Shown: in pieces, positions 47,272 through 57,335 of the stretch
Position numbering within the stretch: position 1 is the first letter of the stretch
Layout of the letters: every line of letters begins with the position of its first letter
Source of the DNA: a bacterium
GTDB taxonomy: Bacteria; Oederibacteriota; Muellerivitia; Muellerivitales; Muellerivitaceae
Direction: 5' to 3'
DNA length: 64,000 nucleotides
Assembly: GCA_035549195.1 (NCBI GenBank)
Contig: DASZRK010000017.1
Location: 384,177 to 448,176, forward strand
The notes under the pieces: model-generated
Database searches by the model: none
Seen by the model: the letters and a program-made list of their open reading frames with translations, nothing else
Told to the model about the DNA's origin: nothing
Made by a program: the position numbers and the translations under genes

Positions 47272-47763
47272 ATGGCGGACCAACCGGAATTGAACGAGAT
47301 CCTTGAGAGACTGGAAGCCGTCGAGCATAAATTAGGCGTTTACTATGTGCCCAACGCCGAGCCCATCCTGGAAGAACTCTGCGAGAAGCTCGAGCCTATG
47401 ACCCTCCAGGCCATCCTGCGGGAGGTGGACGCCAAGGTCCTGGCCCAGGCCATGATGGGTTACAAGACCCCCGCCCTCAAGAACCTCCAAAAGGCCATGT
47501 CCAAGAAGAGCTGGGAGATGATCCAGGACGACGTGCATTACTTCCTGAAATTGGGCGTCAGCGAGGCCGCCATCCGCACGGCCCGGCTTGAGATGATGAG
47601 CATCATCAAGAAGCTGGAAGCCCATGGGGCCGTCGTCCTTCATGTGAAGGAGAGCAGCGCGGAATTGGAGGATTGGAAGAAGCAGAGCCAGGAAACAGGG
47701 ACCTTGTTCAAGAAGGTCGAGGGGTTGGAGGTTTGGAAGAAGGATATTTTGGACAGGATCTAA
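47272..47763 (+). CDS. stand-alone FliG-domain protein (FliG middle/C-terminal-like fold)
   Basis: LQAILREVDAKVLAQAMMGYKTPALKNLQKAMSKKSWEMIQDDVHY aligns with the FliG consensus QxVLREVDxxxLAxALKGASxExxEKIxxNMSKRAAEMLxEDLE. Confidence 0.6.
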   Translation: MADQPELNEILERLEAVEHKLGVYYVPNAEPILEELCEKLEPMTLQAILREVDAKVLAQAMMGYKTPALKNLQKAMSKKSWEMIQDDVHYFLKLGVSEAAIRTARLEMMSIIKKLEAHGAVVLHVKESSAELEDWKKQSQETGTLFKKVEGLEVWKKDILDRI

Positions 47764-47769
47764 GGGATA

Positions 47770-48756
47770 TCAGTCCTTATTCACCATCTTCGCCATGGAT
47801 TCATTGTAGCGGTTCCCGGAAACCCGGAATTTTTCCAAGATCCCATCAATGGCCCTGAAGTCCTCGGAAGTGAAGGGGATGTCACAGGCCGCCACATTCT
47901 CCTCCAAATGCTTCACCTGGGTCGTGCCGGGGATGGGAACAATGTCCTCCCCCTGGTTCATGAGCCAAGCTAAGGCGGCCTGGGTGGCGGTGGCCCCCCT
48001 GGTCTTGGCCAGCTTCGTCACTTCCTCCACCAGCTTGATGTTCTCCTTGAAGTTCTCGCCCTGGAACCGCGGCAGGTTACGCCGCATATCATTGGGCCCC
48101 AGATCCTCATAACTCTTGATGGCCCCGGTCAAGAATCCCCGGCCCACCGGGCTGAAGGGTACCAGGCCCATGCCCAATTCCCGCAGGACCGGCAGGATCC
48201 CATCCTCAATGGCCGTCTCCCAAAGGGAATACTCGCTCTGCAGACAGGTGATGGGATGGACCGCGTGGGCTTTTCGGATCGTATTGGGTCCCACCTCGCT
48301 CAACCCCAGGTAGCGGACCTTGCCTTGCTTCACCAATTGGGCCATGGCGCCGACCGATTCCTCGATGGGGACCTTGGGGTCGGCCCGGTGGAGATAAAGA
48401 AGGTCGATGACAGGGGTCTGGAGCCTGGAAAGGCATCCCTCGACCGCCTTTTGGAGGGCGGCGGGGGAACCATCCAGGTTCTCAGGCCCGGCCTTCCCCT
48501 CTTTCCAGGCCACCTTGGTGGCCAGGACCAGCCTGTCGCGGCGGCCCTTGAAGGCTTTCGCCAGGAGTTCCTCGTTCTTGAAAGGCCCATAGGCTTCGGC
48601 GGTGTCGAAGAAATTGATGCCCAGTTCCAAAGCCCGGTCCAGGACCTTGAGGGAATCCGCCTCCTCGACCGGATGGTAAGCATAGCTCATGCCCATGCAT
48701 CCCAACCCGAGTTCGGAAACCTGGAGACCCTGGGAGCCTAGTTTGCGTTTTTTCAT
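47770..48756 (-). CDS. aldo/keto reductase (Tas/YghZ-like)
   Basis: LGLGCMGMS, GINFFDTAEAYG and the catalytic tetrad context are present in a 328-aa protein. Confidence 0.85.
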   Translation of the reverse strand: MKKRKLGSQGLQVSELGLGCMGMSYAYHPVEEADSLKVLDRALELGINFFDTAEAYGPFKNEELLAKAFKGRRDRLVLATKVAWKEGKAGPENLDGSPAALQKAVEGCLSRLQTPVIDLLYLHRADPKVPIEESVGAMAQLVKQGKVRYLGLSEVGPNTIRKAHAVHPITCLQSEYSLWETAIEDGILPVLRELGMGLVPFSPVGRGFLTGAIKSYEDLGPNDMRRNLPRFQGENFKENIKLVEEVTKLAKTRGATATQAALAWLMNQGEDIVPIPGTTQVKHLEENVAACDIPFTSEDFRAIDGILEKFRVSGNRYNESMAKMVNKD

Positions 48757-48775
48757 TTTCCGCCTTCAATTCCAG

Positions 48776-49516
48776 TCACTTGGGTTTGGCCGCGACCGCG
48801 ATGATCCCGGCGGAGTCCTCGTGGAGGGGCTTGCCCGAAAGGCCTCCGAAGAATCTTATTTTTCGGAAGCCGACGCTTTTTAGCAAGCGGGCCAGATCCT
48901 TTTTATCGTATTGATGCATGACCGAGACATAGCGATCGGTCTTGGTCTTCGATTGGAAAGTCCAATAAGTCCGGATGCTCCGGTCCTTGGCTTCCCAACG
49001 GTTCCTTTGGGTCATCCGGATGCCCGCGATGGTGGCTTCCATGACCGGCTTGAAGTTCCGCTTGATCCAGTCCTTATTGGGGCACTGCAGGACAAATCGA
49101 CCGCCGGGCTTCAGGGCCCGGAAGAAATTCGCCAGGACCTTCTTGTTCTGCCGGGCGTTAAAATAACCGAAACTGCCGAACCAATTGAAGGCGGCGTCGA
49201 ATTCGCCCTGAAAAGACGTTTCCCGCATATCGCCCACCTGAAACTCCGCCTTGAGGTGGGCCCGGTGTCCCAAAGTTTTGGCCCGGCGAATGTAATGAGG
49301 TTGGCGATCCACGCCGATGGCCCGGATGCCCATCCGGGCCAGGGCCAAGGTCACCCGTCCTTGTCCGCAGGGCAGGTCCAAGACCTTTTGGCCCTTCCGC
49401 AGGCCCAGGAGGTGTTTGATGCCGCGGGCCTGCTCCCGGGTGGCGTGTTTCGTGAAGGTATGCGCCAGGATCCGGGTGTAGGTTCCGGCAAAGAATTTGT
49501 CATGCCATTCCCGCAT
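48776..49516 (-). CDS. class I SAM-dependent methyltransferase
   Basis: VLDLPCGQGRVTLALARMG is motif I and ALKPGGRFVL is the post-II motif. Confidence 0.8.
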   Translation of the reverse strand: MREWHDKFFAGTYTRILAHTFTKHATREQARGIKHLLGLRKGQKVLDLPCGQGRVTLALARMGIRAIGVDRQPHYIRRAKTLGHRAHLKAEFQVGDMRETSFQGEFDAAFNWFGSFGYFNARQNKKVLANFFRALKPGGRFVLQCPNKDWIKRNFKPVMEATIAGIRMTQRNRWEAKDRSIRTYWTFQSKTKTDRYVSVMHQYDKKDLARLLKSVGFRKIRFFGGLSGKPLHEDSAGIIAVAAKPK

Positions 49517-49566
49517 TTGGGACTCCCGGATGACGGATCAGCGGAAAAGGCCCTCGTGACCCGGCG

Positions 49567-50124
49567 TCATTGGGCCTTGGGGAAATTGAAGCTCTTTCCG
49601 ATCTGCACGAAGGTGGGGAACCAAGCCGCGAAACTCTCCTGGGTCGAGGTGCAGGTCATGGAGTAAGCCTTTCCATGCGACAGGTAGAAGAACACGACGG
49701 CCTTGAGGGTCCCGTTGTATTGTTCCGCCACCTGGGTATAGGTCATGTAGCGGCAGGGGGTATAGGCCCCTTGCAACTCGCCGGAATTGATGAGCTGGAA
49801 CTGGTTGAGGGCCTTTTTCATGCCGGTGACGTTGGTATTGACGTATTCCGTCAAGTCGAAGGAAGGGTCCACGTTCTCGGTCACCACGTTGACGTTCTCC
49901 CGGAAAACATCGTTGGGCTTCAAGGGCCTGACCGAGACGAGGGAAATGGCGTAAAGGCCCATCTTCATGTTCTCGTTGACCTCCCAACCTTGGGGGAGGG
50001 CCACCAGGTAATAGTCGGTGGTGTGGCGGTGCCATGCCAGCGAGGTGGCGGCATCCGATCGGGCGGGGAGACAAAGGAAAAGGCCCAGAAGAAGGGCGGC
50101 GGACAGCCTCAGGCATGTTTTCAT
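49567..50124 (-). CDS. hypothetical secreted/periplasmic protein
   Basis: Start is ATG at 50124 after AAGGAGG. Signal peptide MKTCLRLSAALLLGLFLCLPARSDA. Confidence 0.55.
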   Translation of the reverse strand: MKTCLRLSAALLLGLFLCLPARSDAATSLAWHRHTTDYYLVALPQGWEVNENMKMGLYAISLVSVRPLKPNDVFRENVNVVTENVDPSFDLTEYVNTNVTGMKKALNQFQLINSGELQGAYTPCRYMTYTQVAEQYNGTLKAVVFFYLSHGKAYSMTCTSTQESFAAWFPTFVQIGKSFNFPKAQ

Positions 50125-50144
50125 CGAATCCTCCTTAAGATATC

Positions 50145-51989
50145 TCAACAACATCCATAATCCGGCAATTCATGGCCCTTGTGGGCCTTGTCGTGGACGG
50201 CCTTGGGGTGTTTTTTCAAGGCCAGGATCTGGTACCAGCGATGGCCCGATTCCCACAGCACCACCACCGCGCAGACCATGATGATGACCGTCGCGGCCAC
50301 GTTGGCGTAGGCCTGGAAGGCCTTGTCCGGATGGGCGGCCGCCAAGGGCAGGAAGTTATCGGTGATGTTCAGCCAGCAGGCCGAGAGGGTGGTGACCGCC
50401 ACGAAAAGCATGGGCACCAAGGTCGCCCAGATGTAATGGGTGCGGCCCGAATTGATGAGGGCACTGGTGGAGGCGGCCAGGGCGATGGAGGCCAAGAGCT
50501 GGTTGGCGGTGCCGAACATGGGCCAGATGGTGGCGACCGATCCGCCCCAGATGAGCCAGGCCCAAAGGAAGACGACCAAAGCGGTGGAAAGGACGGTCCC
50601 GGGCATCCAGTTGGTGTCCTCCAGGGGCTTGTAGAAGCGCCCGAAGAATTCCTGCACCAGGAAACGCGCCACGCGGGTACCCGCGTCGATGGTGGTGAGG
50701 ATGAAGAGGGCCTCGAACATGATCATGAAATGGTAGAAGTAGCCCATGAGCCGCTCCAAGCCGGGGAAGCCGCTGAAGATCTGGGCGAAACCGAGGGCCA
50801 GGGACACGGCCCCGCCGGGCCGGCCCGCCACGTTCTCGCCGACCGCCTGGGACAGGGCCTGCAGGTTCACGGGGGTCAGTCCCAGGGCGGCGAACTTGTC
50901 GGCGGGCAGGTTGATGGCGTAGTAGTCGCCGGGGAAAAGGGCGCTGGTGGACAGGAGCGCCACGATGCCGACCAGGCCCTCCATGAGCATGGAGCCATAG
51001 CCGATCACCCGCGCGTCCGATTCCTTATCGAGCATCTTGGGGGTGGTGCCCGAGGAGACCAGGGCGTGGAAACCCGAGATGGCCCCGCAGGCGATGGTGA
51101 TGAAAACGAAGGGGAAGAGCTTGCCCGGGATGATGGGCCCTCCGCCGTCCACATAGCCGAAGGCGGGCATATGCAGGTCCGGGGCCACGACGATGATCCC
51201 CAGCACCAGCAAGGCGATGGTCCCCACCTTCATATAAGAGCTCAGGTAGTCCCGGGGAGTGAGGAGCATCCAGACGGGGAGCACGGAAGCCAGGAAACCG
51301 TAGATCGCCAGGGCCCCGATGACGCCTTCCCGGGAGAAGGTGAAGTAGGGGGCGAGGGGGGAACCGGGGATATGGTCCCCGAAGACCACGGCGAAGAAGA
51401 CCAGGGCTACCCCCACGATGCTGGCCGGGACGATGGCCGAGGGGCCTTTGCGCATCCAAAAGCCCACCAGGAAGGCGATGGGAATGGTGGCCGCGATGGA
51501 GAAGACGCCCCAGGGACTGGCCTTCAGGGCGTTCACGACGGCCATCCCCAGGCCCGCCAGGGCCAGGATGACGATGATGAAGATGGCGATGGCGCCCATC
51601 ACGGACGAGAGGGGGCTGATCTCGTGGCGGAGGATATCCACGAGCGAGCGGCCTTTCCTGCGGATGGAAGCGGCCAGGATCATGAAATCATGCACGGCGC
51701 CGGCCAGGCAGACGCCCGCCAGCAGCCAGATGAAGCTGGGCACGAAGCCGAACTGGGCGGCCAGGACCGGGCCAATGAGGGGGCCCGCCCCCGCGATAGC
51801 GGCGAAGTGGTGGCCCATCAGGACCCATTTGTTGGTGGGGTGGTAGTTGTGCCCGTCGTTCAGCAGATGGGCGGGGGTGGCGCGCCGGTCGTCGAGCACC
51901 ACCACCTTGGTGGCCAGGAAGTAGCTGTAGTAGCGGTAGGCGATGATCATGACCAGAAGGGCGGTCAGGATGAGGGGCAGGACGTTCAT
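50145..51989 (-). CDS. cstA: carbon starvation protein A (peptide/pyruvate transporter family)
   Basis: The 614-aa protein is conserved across CstA (HFAAIAGAGPLIGPVLAAQFG...). Confidence 0.88.
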   Translation of the reverse strand: MNVLPLILTALLVMIIAYRYYSYFLATKVVVLDDRRATPAHLLNDGHNYHPTNKWVLMGHHFAAIAGAGPLIGPVLAAQFGFVPSFIWLLAGVCLAGAVHDFMILAASIRRKGRSLVDILRHEISPLSSVMGAIAIFIIVILALAGLGMAVVNALKASPWGVFSIAATIPIAFLVGFWMRKGPSAIVPASIVGVALVFFAVVFGDHIPGSPLAPYFTFSREGVIGALAIYGFLASVLPVWMLLTPRDYLSSYMKVGTIALLVLGIIVVAPDLHMPAFGYVDGGGPIIPGKLFPFVFITIACGAISGFHALVSSGTTPKMLDKESDARVIGYGSMLMEGLVGIVALLSTSALFPGDYYAINLPADKFAALGLTPVNLQALSQAVGENVAGRPGGAVSLALGFAQIFSGFPGLERLMGYFYHFMIMFEALFILTTIDAGTRVARFLVQEFFGRFYKPLEDTNWMPGTVLSTALVVFLWAWLIWGGSVATIWPMFGTANQLLASIALAASTSALINSGRTHYIWATLVPMLFVAVTTLSACWLNITDNFLPLAAAHPDKAFQAYANVAATVIIMVCAVVVLWESGHRWYQILALKKHPKAVHDKAHKGHELPDYGCC

Positions 51990-52020
51990 GAAAACTCCTC
52001 TCGGGTATGGAGTAAAAGCA

Positions 52021-52056
52021 TTTTCACCACCAAGGGCACCAAGTTCACCAAGAAAA
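52021..52056 (+). repeat. intergenic anchor plus triple tandem 9-mer repeat (copy 3, cstA-MFS spacer)
   Basis: TTTTCACCAC is followed by CCACCAAGG, GCACCAAGT and TCACCAAGA. Confidence 0.65.
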
Positions 52057-52134
52057 TAGAAGAAGGGAAAAAGGCCGACTCGGGGTCCTTATCGCCGGAT
52101 CCCAAGACTTCAGGGTAAAGGAGTAGGGTGGGCC

Positions 52135-53358
52135 TCAATCCATGTAATCCAGGTCGATGCCGTAGGTCTCCTTCAAGTTGCTCAGGCCGAAGAAGGCGGC
52201 CGCCAGGACAAGGGCCGCGAGGGCCGACGCACTGCCCAGGACGCCCCAGACCGGGATGAGGGCCTTGAAGGCCAAGGTCACGGGGATCGTCAATCCCCGC
52301 ACGAAGTTGGGGCCGGAGGTGGCCACGGTGGCCCGCAGGTTGGTCCCGAACTGCTCGGCGGCCGAGGTGACGGCCACCGCCCAGAAACCCGCCGAGAAGC
52401 CCATGCAGCCGCAAAGGGCATAGAAGACGGTGAGGGAGGTGCCGCCCCAGAGCAGGGTGGAGGTGACGGAGAGGGCGTTGAGGACCAGGAAGGAGGCGAT
52501 GACCTTCTTGCGGTTCTGGAACAACTGGCTCAAGGTCCCGCTCGCGAGATCCCCCAGGGGGAGTCCCAGGTAGGCGAAGAAAATGGCCCGCCCGGGCGAG
52601 GGAAGTTCCGTCATCCCCATGCCCTTCCCGATCTCGGGACAGAAGGTCAGAAGCACTCCCGCGATGAACCAGACCGGGAAGGTGGCGAGGATGAGGCTTA
52701 GGAAGATCAAGCCCTTACGGGGATATCGGAAGAACTGGAAGAAATCCCCTTTCGAGGCGCCCGTCTTCTTCTCCAGGGCCAGGAAAAGCCCCGACTCCCG
52801 CACTCCCAGCCGGAGCACCAACAGGACCAGTCCCATGCCCCCGCCCACAAAATAGGCGGTGCGCCAATCGAAACGCTGGCCCACCAAGGCGGCCACCAGC
52901 ACGCCCGTGACCCCCACGGTGGTGATGAGGGTGGTACCCCAGCCCCGTTTTTCCCGGGGCATCAGCTCGCTGACCAGGGTGACGCCCGCGCCCAGTTCCC
53001 CCGAGAGGCCGACCCCGGCGAGGAAGCGCCAGAAGGAATAACTTTCAACGCCGTGGACGAAGCCGTTGGCGATGTTGGCGACGGAATAAAGGATGATGGA
53101 ACCGAAAAGGACGGAAAGCCGGCCCTTCTTATCGCCCAGGATGCCCCAGAAGAGACCGCCCAGGAGGAAACCCGCCAACTGCCAGTTCAAGAGCCGCACG
53201 CCCACTTCCAGGGCCTGGTCCGCGGGGATGCCGAGCCCGTCGAGGCTTTGGTTGCGGACGATGGAGAAAAGCATGATGTCGTAGGCGTCGACGAAGTAAC
53301 CCAGGGCCGCCACGAAGACGGCCAACCATATACCGCCGGAGGGGTATGGATCTTTCAT
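52135..53358 (-). CDS. MFS transporter
   Basis: Twelve TM segments are present, with an MFS-type motif after TM2 (GDKKGRLSVLF). Confidence 0.8.
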   Translation of the reverse strand: MKDPYPSGGIWLAVFVAALGYFVDAYDIMLFSIVRNQSLDGLGIPADQALEVGVRLLNWQLAGFLLGGLFWGILGDKKGRLSVLFGSIILYSVANIANGFVHGVESYSFWRFLAGVGLSGELGAGVTLVSELMPREKRGWGTTLITTVGVTGVLVAALVGQRFDWRTAYFVGGGMGLVLLVLRLGVRESGLFLALEKKTGASKGDFFQFFRYPRKGLIFLSLILATFPVWFIAGVLLTFCPEIGKGMGMTELPSPGRAIFFAYLGLPLGDLASGTLSQLFQNRKKVIASFLVLNALSVTSTLLWGGTSLTVFYALCGCMGFSAGFWAVAVTSAAEQFGTNLRATVATSGPNFVRGLTIPVTLAFKALIPVWGVLGSASALAALVLAAAFFGLSNLKETYGIDLDYMD

Positions 53359-53449
53359 CCGGGGATTTTACCAGGAACCGATCGATCGCCGGAGGCTTCC
53401 AGCCCTTCGTTCCTTTTTTTATACCAGGGGTTCATTTAGACTGAACGTT

Positions 53450-55603
53450 ATGGCCTTTCAAAGGAAGAAAATCCGACCTTTCCCCGCGCCCCTGGACGGG
53501 CTCCCGGCGGCTCTCTTCATCCTCGCTTTCTTCCTTTTGGGCCATCGGACCCTTTCCGGGCCGTGGCCCTGGGCCCTGGTCCTGGGCGGCATCGTCCTTC
53601 CCTTTCTTTTCCTCTTGGGGAGGGCTTCCCGGTCCGTTCCGGATGGAAAGACCCTGGTCCGGGAGGAGTTCTTTTTTCCATCGTGGGTCCCGGCCCTGCT
53701 GTTGGCCGTGGCGGTCCTCCTCCGTTTTTGGCGGTTGGATACATTGGCCGCCTGGCCCAGTTCGGATGAGGAAACGGGAGGCTACCTGGCCGAGCATTTC
53801 GGGCAAATGGGCGTCTGGAAGGGTTTTTTCGGAGGGCAGATCCCGGCACCCTGGATCTGGGCCTGCGCGGCTGTTTGGCGCATCAGCCATGATTCCTTCC
53901 TGACGACCTGGTTCCCAGCGGCCATGTCCTCACTTCTCATCCCGATCGCGGCCGTTCCGGCTTTGCGTATCTGGACCACACGTGGACAAGGGTGGTTGTT
54001 GGGATCCCTCCTGGCCGTGAGCTATTGGCCGCTTTATCTGGGCCGTACCGGCATCTGGGGGGTCTGGCTTCCGGCCTGGGAATGCATGGCCGTTTATTTC
54101 CTGGGAAAATATTCGAAGACCGTGGGACCGGACCGACGGGTTTGGGCGGTGATCCTGGGTTTTTGGACGGCGTCGGGCTATTGGACTTTCCCGTCCTTTG
54201 CCCCCGTCTCCTTGGCCCTGGTGATCGGGTTCCTCCTCGTCTCGGGCCGGTCGAAAAGAGCGGCCGAGGAAAGATCCATTTTCCTGGCGGCCGGGGCTTT
54301 GGCGGTCGTGCCCTTGGCCTGGGAATGGACGCAGGGCAGGGTCGGTGGCCATATCCTGAGCGTCGGTTTTTGGAAAGGTCCGGATGGTTCCTGGCAGGTC
54401 CTGGATTCACTCGGCGGATACCTGCGGATCCTTTTTGGGGGCGATGGGGAAGGGGGCTATTTCAATCCCCTCCTGGGGGCCCTTTTCCTGACGGGTTTGG
54501 CCGTCCTTTACCGGGCGCGCCGCGCCTGGTTGTACCTCTTCCTGGCGGTCTTTTTCCTCTTCTTGGCCCCCGGATACTTGAGCATGAACATGGAACCCTA
54601 CCGGGTGGTCTCCATCCTTCCATGGGTGCTTTGGGCGGCAGCCCTGGGTCTTCGATCCTTTTTGGTGACCTTTCCCACGGGATGGCGGGTCCCCTTGTTA
54701 TTGTCCTTCCTCGCCGTCTCGGGGGGGATGGATTGGAGGCAGCTGAACCTTCCCTACCGGAACATCGATGACCGGCCCGATCTTTTTCGTGGGACGGGAA
54801 AATCCATCGAACGATACCGGGCTTACCGGATCCTGCGGGAGCAAGTGAAGGAACAGGGTCCGGGGGTGCTGTTCCCCGATTTTTGTCCCGACGATTCCTT
54901 CGACCTTTCCTTCATCCGGGCCGCTTCCTCCCTGGGCAACGCGGGAACGTCGACGTCCGTCGGGAAGGCCCGTTGGGCCGCGGCCTTGACGAACCTCCAC
55001 TACCGGCCTTTCCTGGACGCGGGCTTTCCCGACGCCCGATGGTATGTCCTGGGGAAGGAGCGTTCCGGGGGAGGGCCGAGCGCCTTGATGCTCCTGCCCT
55101 TGGGGGAGAAGGACCGCCCCCGGATCGAAGGATGGTTGGCCGCCTCCGTCTGCTTCGACGATATCGAGAGGGCCCGTTTCCTCGCCACGGAGAACGAACC
55201 GGCTGGAAAAGTCCTTGAGGAGGCCTTCCGGCATTATCCCCTGGTGCTCCGGGATCCCTATCTGGTCTCCTGCTTTTGGGAAAGGATGGCGAGCCTGTTC
55301 TATTATTTCTTGGGCCACCCGCCCCGGGAGTTGGAGACCGCCCTCCGCCGGTCCGTCCAGGGTTATCCCGCGGCCCATCTTTATTACAGGCTCGGGGCCC
55401 TTCTTTTGAGGCTTGGGAAACTTGAGGAAGCCCGATGGGCCTTTCAGGAGGCGGAGCGGGCGCCCTTGAACCTTTGTCCTACCGCCGAGGCCCTGGCCTT
55501 GGTCGCGGAACGGGAGGCGGCGGAAGGGGAAGCCGGGGGAGAACGCCGACCGACGGGCCTTGAGGGAAAGGACCGCGGGACCTCAGGGAGCCAGGGGAAG
55601 TGA
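53450..55603 (+). CDS. GT-C-fold membrane glycosyltransferase-like protein (ArnT/PMT family 39-like) with C-terminal TPR-like region
   Basis: An N-terminal polytopic membrane domain of about 450 aa is followed by a soluble C-terminus with TPR-like helices (AHLYYRLGALLLRLGKLEEARWAFQEAER). Confidence 0.5.
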   Translation: MAFQRKKIRPFPAPLDGLPAALFILAFFLLGHRTLSGPWPWALVLGGIVLPFLFLLGRASRSVPDGKTLVREEFFFPSWVPALLLAVAVLLRFWRLDTLAAWPSSDEETGGYLAEHFGQMGVWKGFFGGQIPAPWIWACAAVWRISHDSFLTTWFPAAMSSLLIPIAAVPALRIWTTRGQGWLLGSLLAVSYWPLYLGRTGIWGVWLPAWECMAVYFLGKYSKTVGPDRRVWAVILGFWTASGYWTFPSFAPVSLALVIGFLLVSGRSKRAAEERSIFLAAGALAVVPLAWEWTQGRVGGHILSVGFWKGPDGSWQVLDSLGGYLRILFGGDGEGGYFNPLLGALFLTGLAVLYRARRAWLYLFLAVFFLFLAPGYLSMNMEPYRVVSILPWVLWAAALGLRSFLVTFPTGWRVPLLLSFLAVSGGMDWRQLNLPYRNIDDRPDLFRGTGKSIERYRAYRILREQVKEQGPGVLFPDFCPDDSFDLSFIRAASSLGNAGTSTSVGKARWAAALTNLHYRPFLDAGFPDARWYVLGKERSGGGPSALMLLPLGEKDRPRIEGWLAASVCFDDIERARFLATENEPAGKVLEEAFRHYPLVLRDPYLVSCFWERMASLFYYFLGHPPRELETALRRSVQGYPAAHLYYRLGALLLRLGKLEEARWAFQEAERAPLNLCPTAEALALVAEREAAEGEAGGERRPTGLEGKDRGTSGSQGK

Positions 55604-57304
55604 AAGGGCGAAACAGGTGCCCTTGCCCTTCTCGGTCTCCACGGCGATCGACCCGCCCTGCACATCCAGGAAGCGTTTGACGATGTAAAGGCCGATCCCG
55701 GCGCCGGCCCGGCCCGCCTCCTCGCCCAGGATGCGTTTCTGGCTGAACATCTGTTTCATGGCGGCCTCGCTGATGCCCGGGCCCGTGTCGGCGACCCTCA
55801 GTGTCCCCCAGGGGGCCTTCACTTCCACCCGCAGGGTGATGGAGCCCCTATCGGTGAATTTCACGGCGTTGCTGATGAGGTTCCGCAGGGCCTCCACCGT
55901 CTTGTCCATGTCGGCCATGACGAAGACGTCCTTCTCCAGTCCCTCCAGCCGCAGTTCCAATCCCTTGCGGGAGATGATCTCCTTGTAGTCCCGCAGGCCG
56001 AACTCCACGATGGTGGACCAACTGGCCCGCTCCAGCGAGGGGTCCAGCAGTCCCCGCTGGATCTTGGAGAGGTTCAGGAAGTCGCTGATGAGACGGAAGT
56101 TGGCCACGCCGATCTCCCGCATGTCCATGAGGTAATCCTTCTGGGAAGCCGACAACTCCCCGGCCAGGCCGTCCAACAGGTTCTCGATGTAGCCGTTGAT
56201 CTGCGCCACCGGCGTCTTCAACTGATGGGACGCCACCGAGATGAGGCTTTGTTTCATCTCCTCCACCTGCTTGCGCTCCGTGATGTCGCTGAAGACCGCC
56301 AGGGCGAAGTTCACGTTGCCCTTCAGGTCGGTGACGGGCGTGCCCCAGACCTGGATGGGAATGATCCGTCCATCGGGATGATGGATCTCCATATCCTCGA
56401 CCGAACTACGCTCTCCGTTAAGGGCCCGGACCACCGGGCTCTTTTCATTGGGATAGGGATCCTCGGTCCCTGCCACGAAGGAGGAATAAATGGTGGAAAG
56501 GTCCTTGGATTCGGAGAAGGCCACGATGCCCTTGCCCAGGAGCTCCCGGGCCTTCTGGTTGGCGTAGAAGGGTTTCCCCTTGGCGTCCAGCACGAAGATG
56601 CCCAGGGGGATGGCCTCCAGGAACTGGAAAAGGCGGTGTTCGTTGAGCTGGAGCAACTCCTGGGCGGCTTCGCGTTTCTTGATCTCCTGGCCGATGGCGA
56701 AGAGGGCGAGGATGGCGAAAAGGGTGGCGGCCACACCGCCCGCCACAACGATCATCGAGGTCATGTGGGAGGAGCTCGTCTCCGAATCCCTCCGTTTTAT
56801 GAGGAGGTTCTCTTCCTCCGCGATCGTCTGGGCGGTCAAGTGGTCGATGGGGTCCATCGCCTGGACGGGATGCAGAGCCTTGAATTGCTCCACCGCCTTT
56901 TCAAAATGGCCGGAGAGGCAAAGGCTCCGGTTGGCCTCGAAGTTCTGCAGACGCTGTTGCAAAAGGGGCATGAGGGTCTCGAAACGTTGCTTTTCGCTGG
57001 GGTTATCCTCGGTCATCTTTTGGAGTTCCAAGGCGTCCTTATAGGCCAGGTTCATCTCGGACTCGGCCAATTGAAGGAGCGTGGAGTGGTCCGAGAGAAG
57101 ATAGGCCCGGTAATCCGCCTGGGCCCGTTTGAGGTTGATCTCAAAGGCCTCGATCTTGGAGATGACGTTCTCCGAATGGTCCACCCTACGGTCGTCGTCC
57201 AACATGCGGTTGAGGCTTGAATAACAAAGGGTCCCAATGGCAAAGATGAAGACCAGGAGGATGCCGAAGCCGGCGTAAAGTTTCAGCCGAAGCGTGGGTC
57301 TCAA
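55583..57304 (-). CDS. sensor histidine kinase with periplasmic CHASE3 domain and PAS domain
   Basis: TTG start after AAGGA. The N-terminal TM is followed by a CHASE3-like region, then a second TM, PAS, HisKA (ASHQLKTP) and HATPase_c (GTGLGLYIVKRFLDVQGGSIAVETEKGKGTCF). Confidence 0.85.
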   Translation of the reverse strand: MRPTLRLKLYAGFGILLVFIFAIGTLCYSSLNRMLDDDRRVDHSENVISKIEAFEINLKRAQADYRAYLLSDHSTLLQLAESEMNLAYKDALELQKMTEDNPSEKQRFETLMPLLQQRLQNFEANRSLCLSGHFEKAVEQFKALHPVQAMDPIDHLTAQTIAEEENLLIKRRDSETSSSHMTSMIVVAGGVAATLFAILALFAIGQEIKKREAAQELLQLNEHRLFQFLEAIPLGIFVLDAKGKPFYANQKARELLGKGIVAFSESKDLSTIYSSFVAGTEDPYPNEKSPVVRALNGERSSVEDMEIHHPDGRIIPIQVWGTPVTDLKGNVNFALAVFSDITERKQVEEMKQSLISVASHQLKTPVAQINGYIENLLDGLAGELSASQKDYLMDMREIGVANFRLISDFLNLSKIQRGLLDPSLERASWSTIVEFGLRDYKEIISRKGLELRLEGLEKDVFVMADMDKTVEALRNLISNAVKFTDRGSITLRVEVKAPWGTLRVADTGPGISEAAMKQMFSQKRILGEEAGRAGAGIGLYIVKRFLDVQGGSIAVETEKGKGTCFALSLPLAP

Positions 57305-57335
57305 GGCGGGTCCTTCGGGGGATAAAGAGGCGTCC

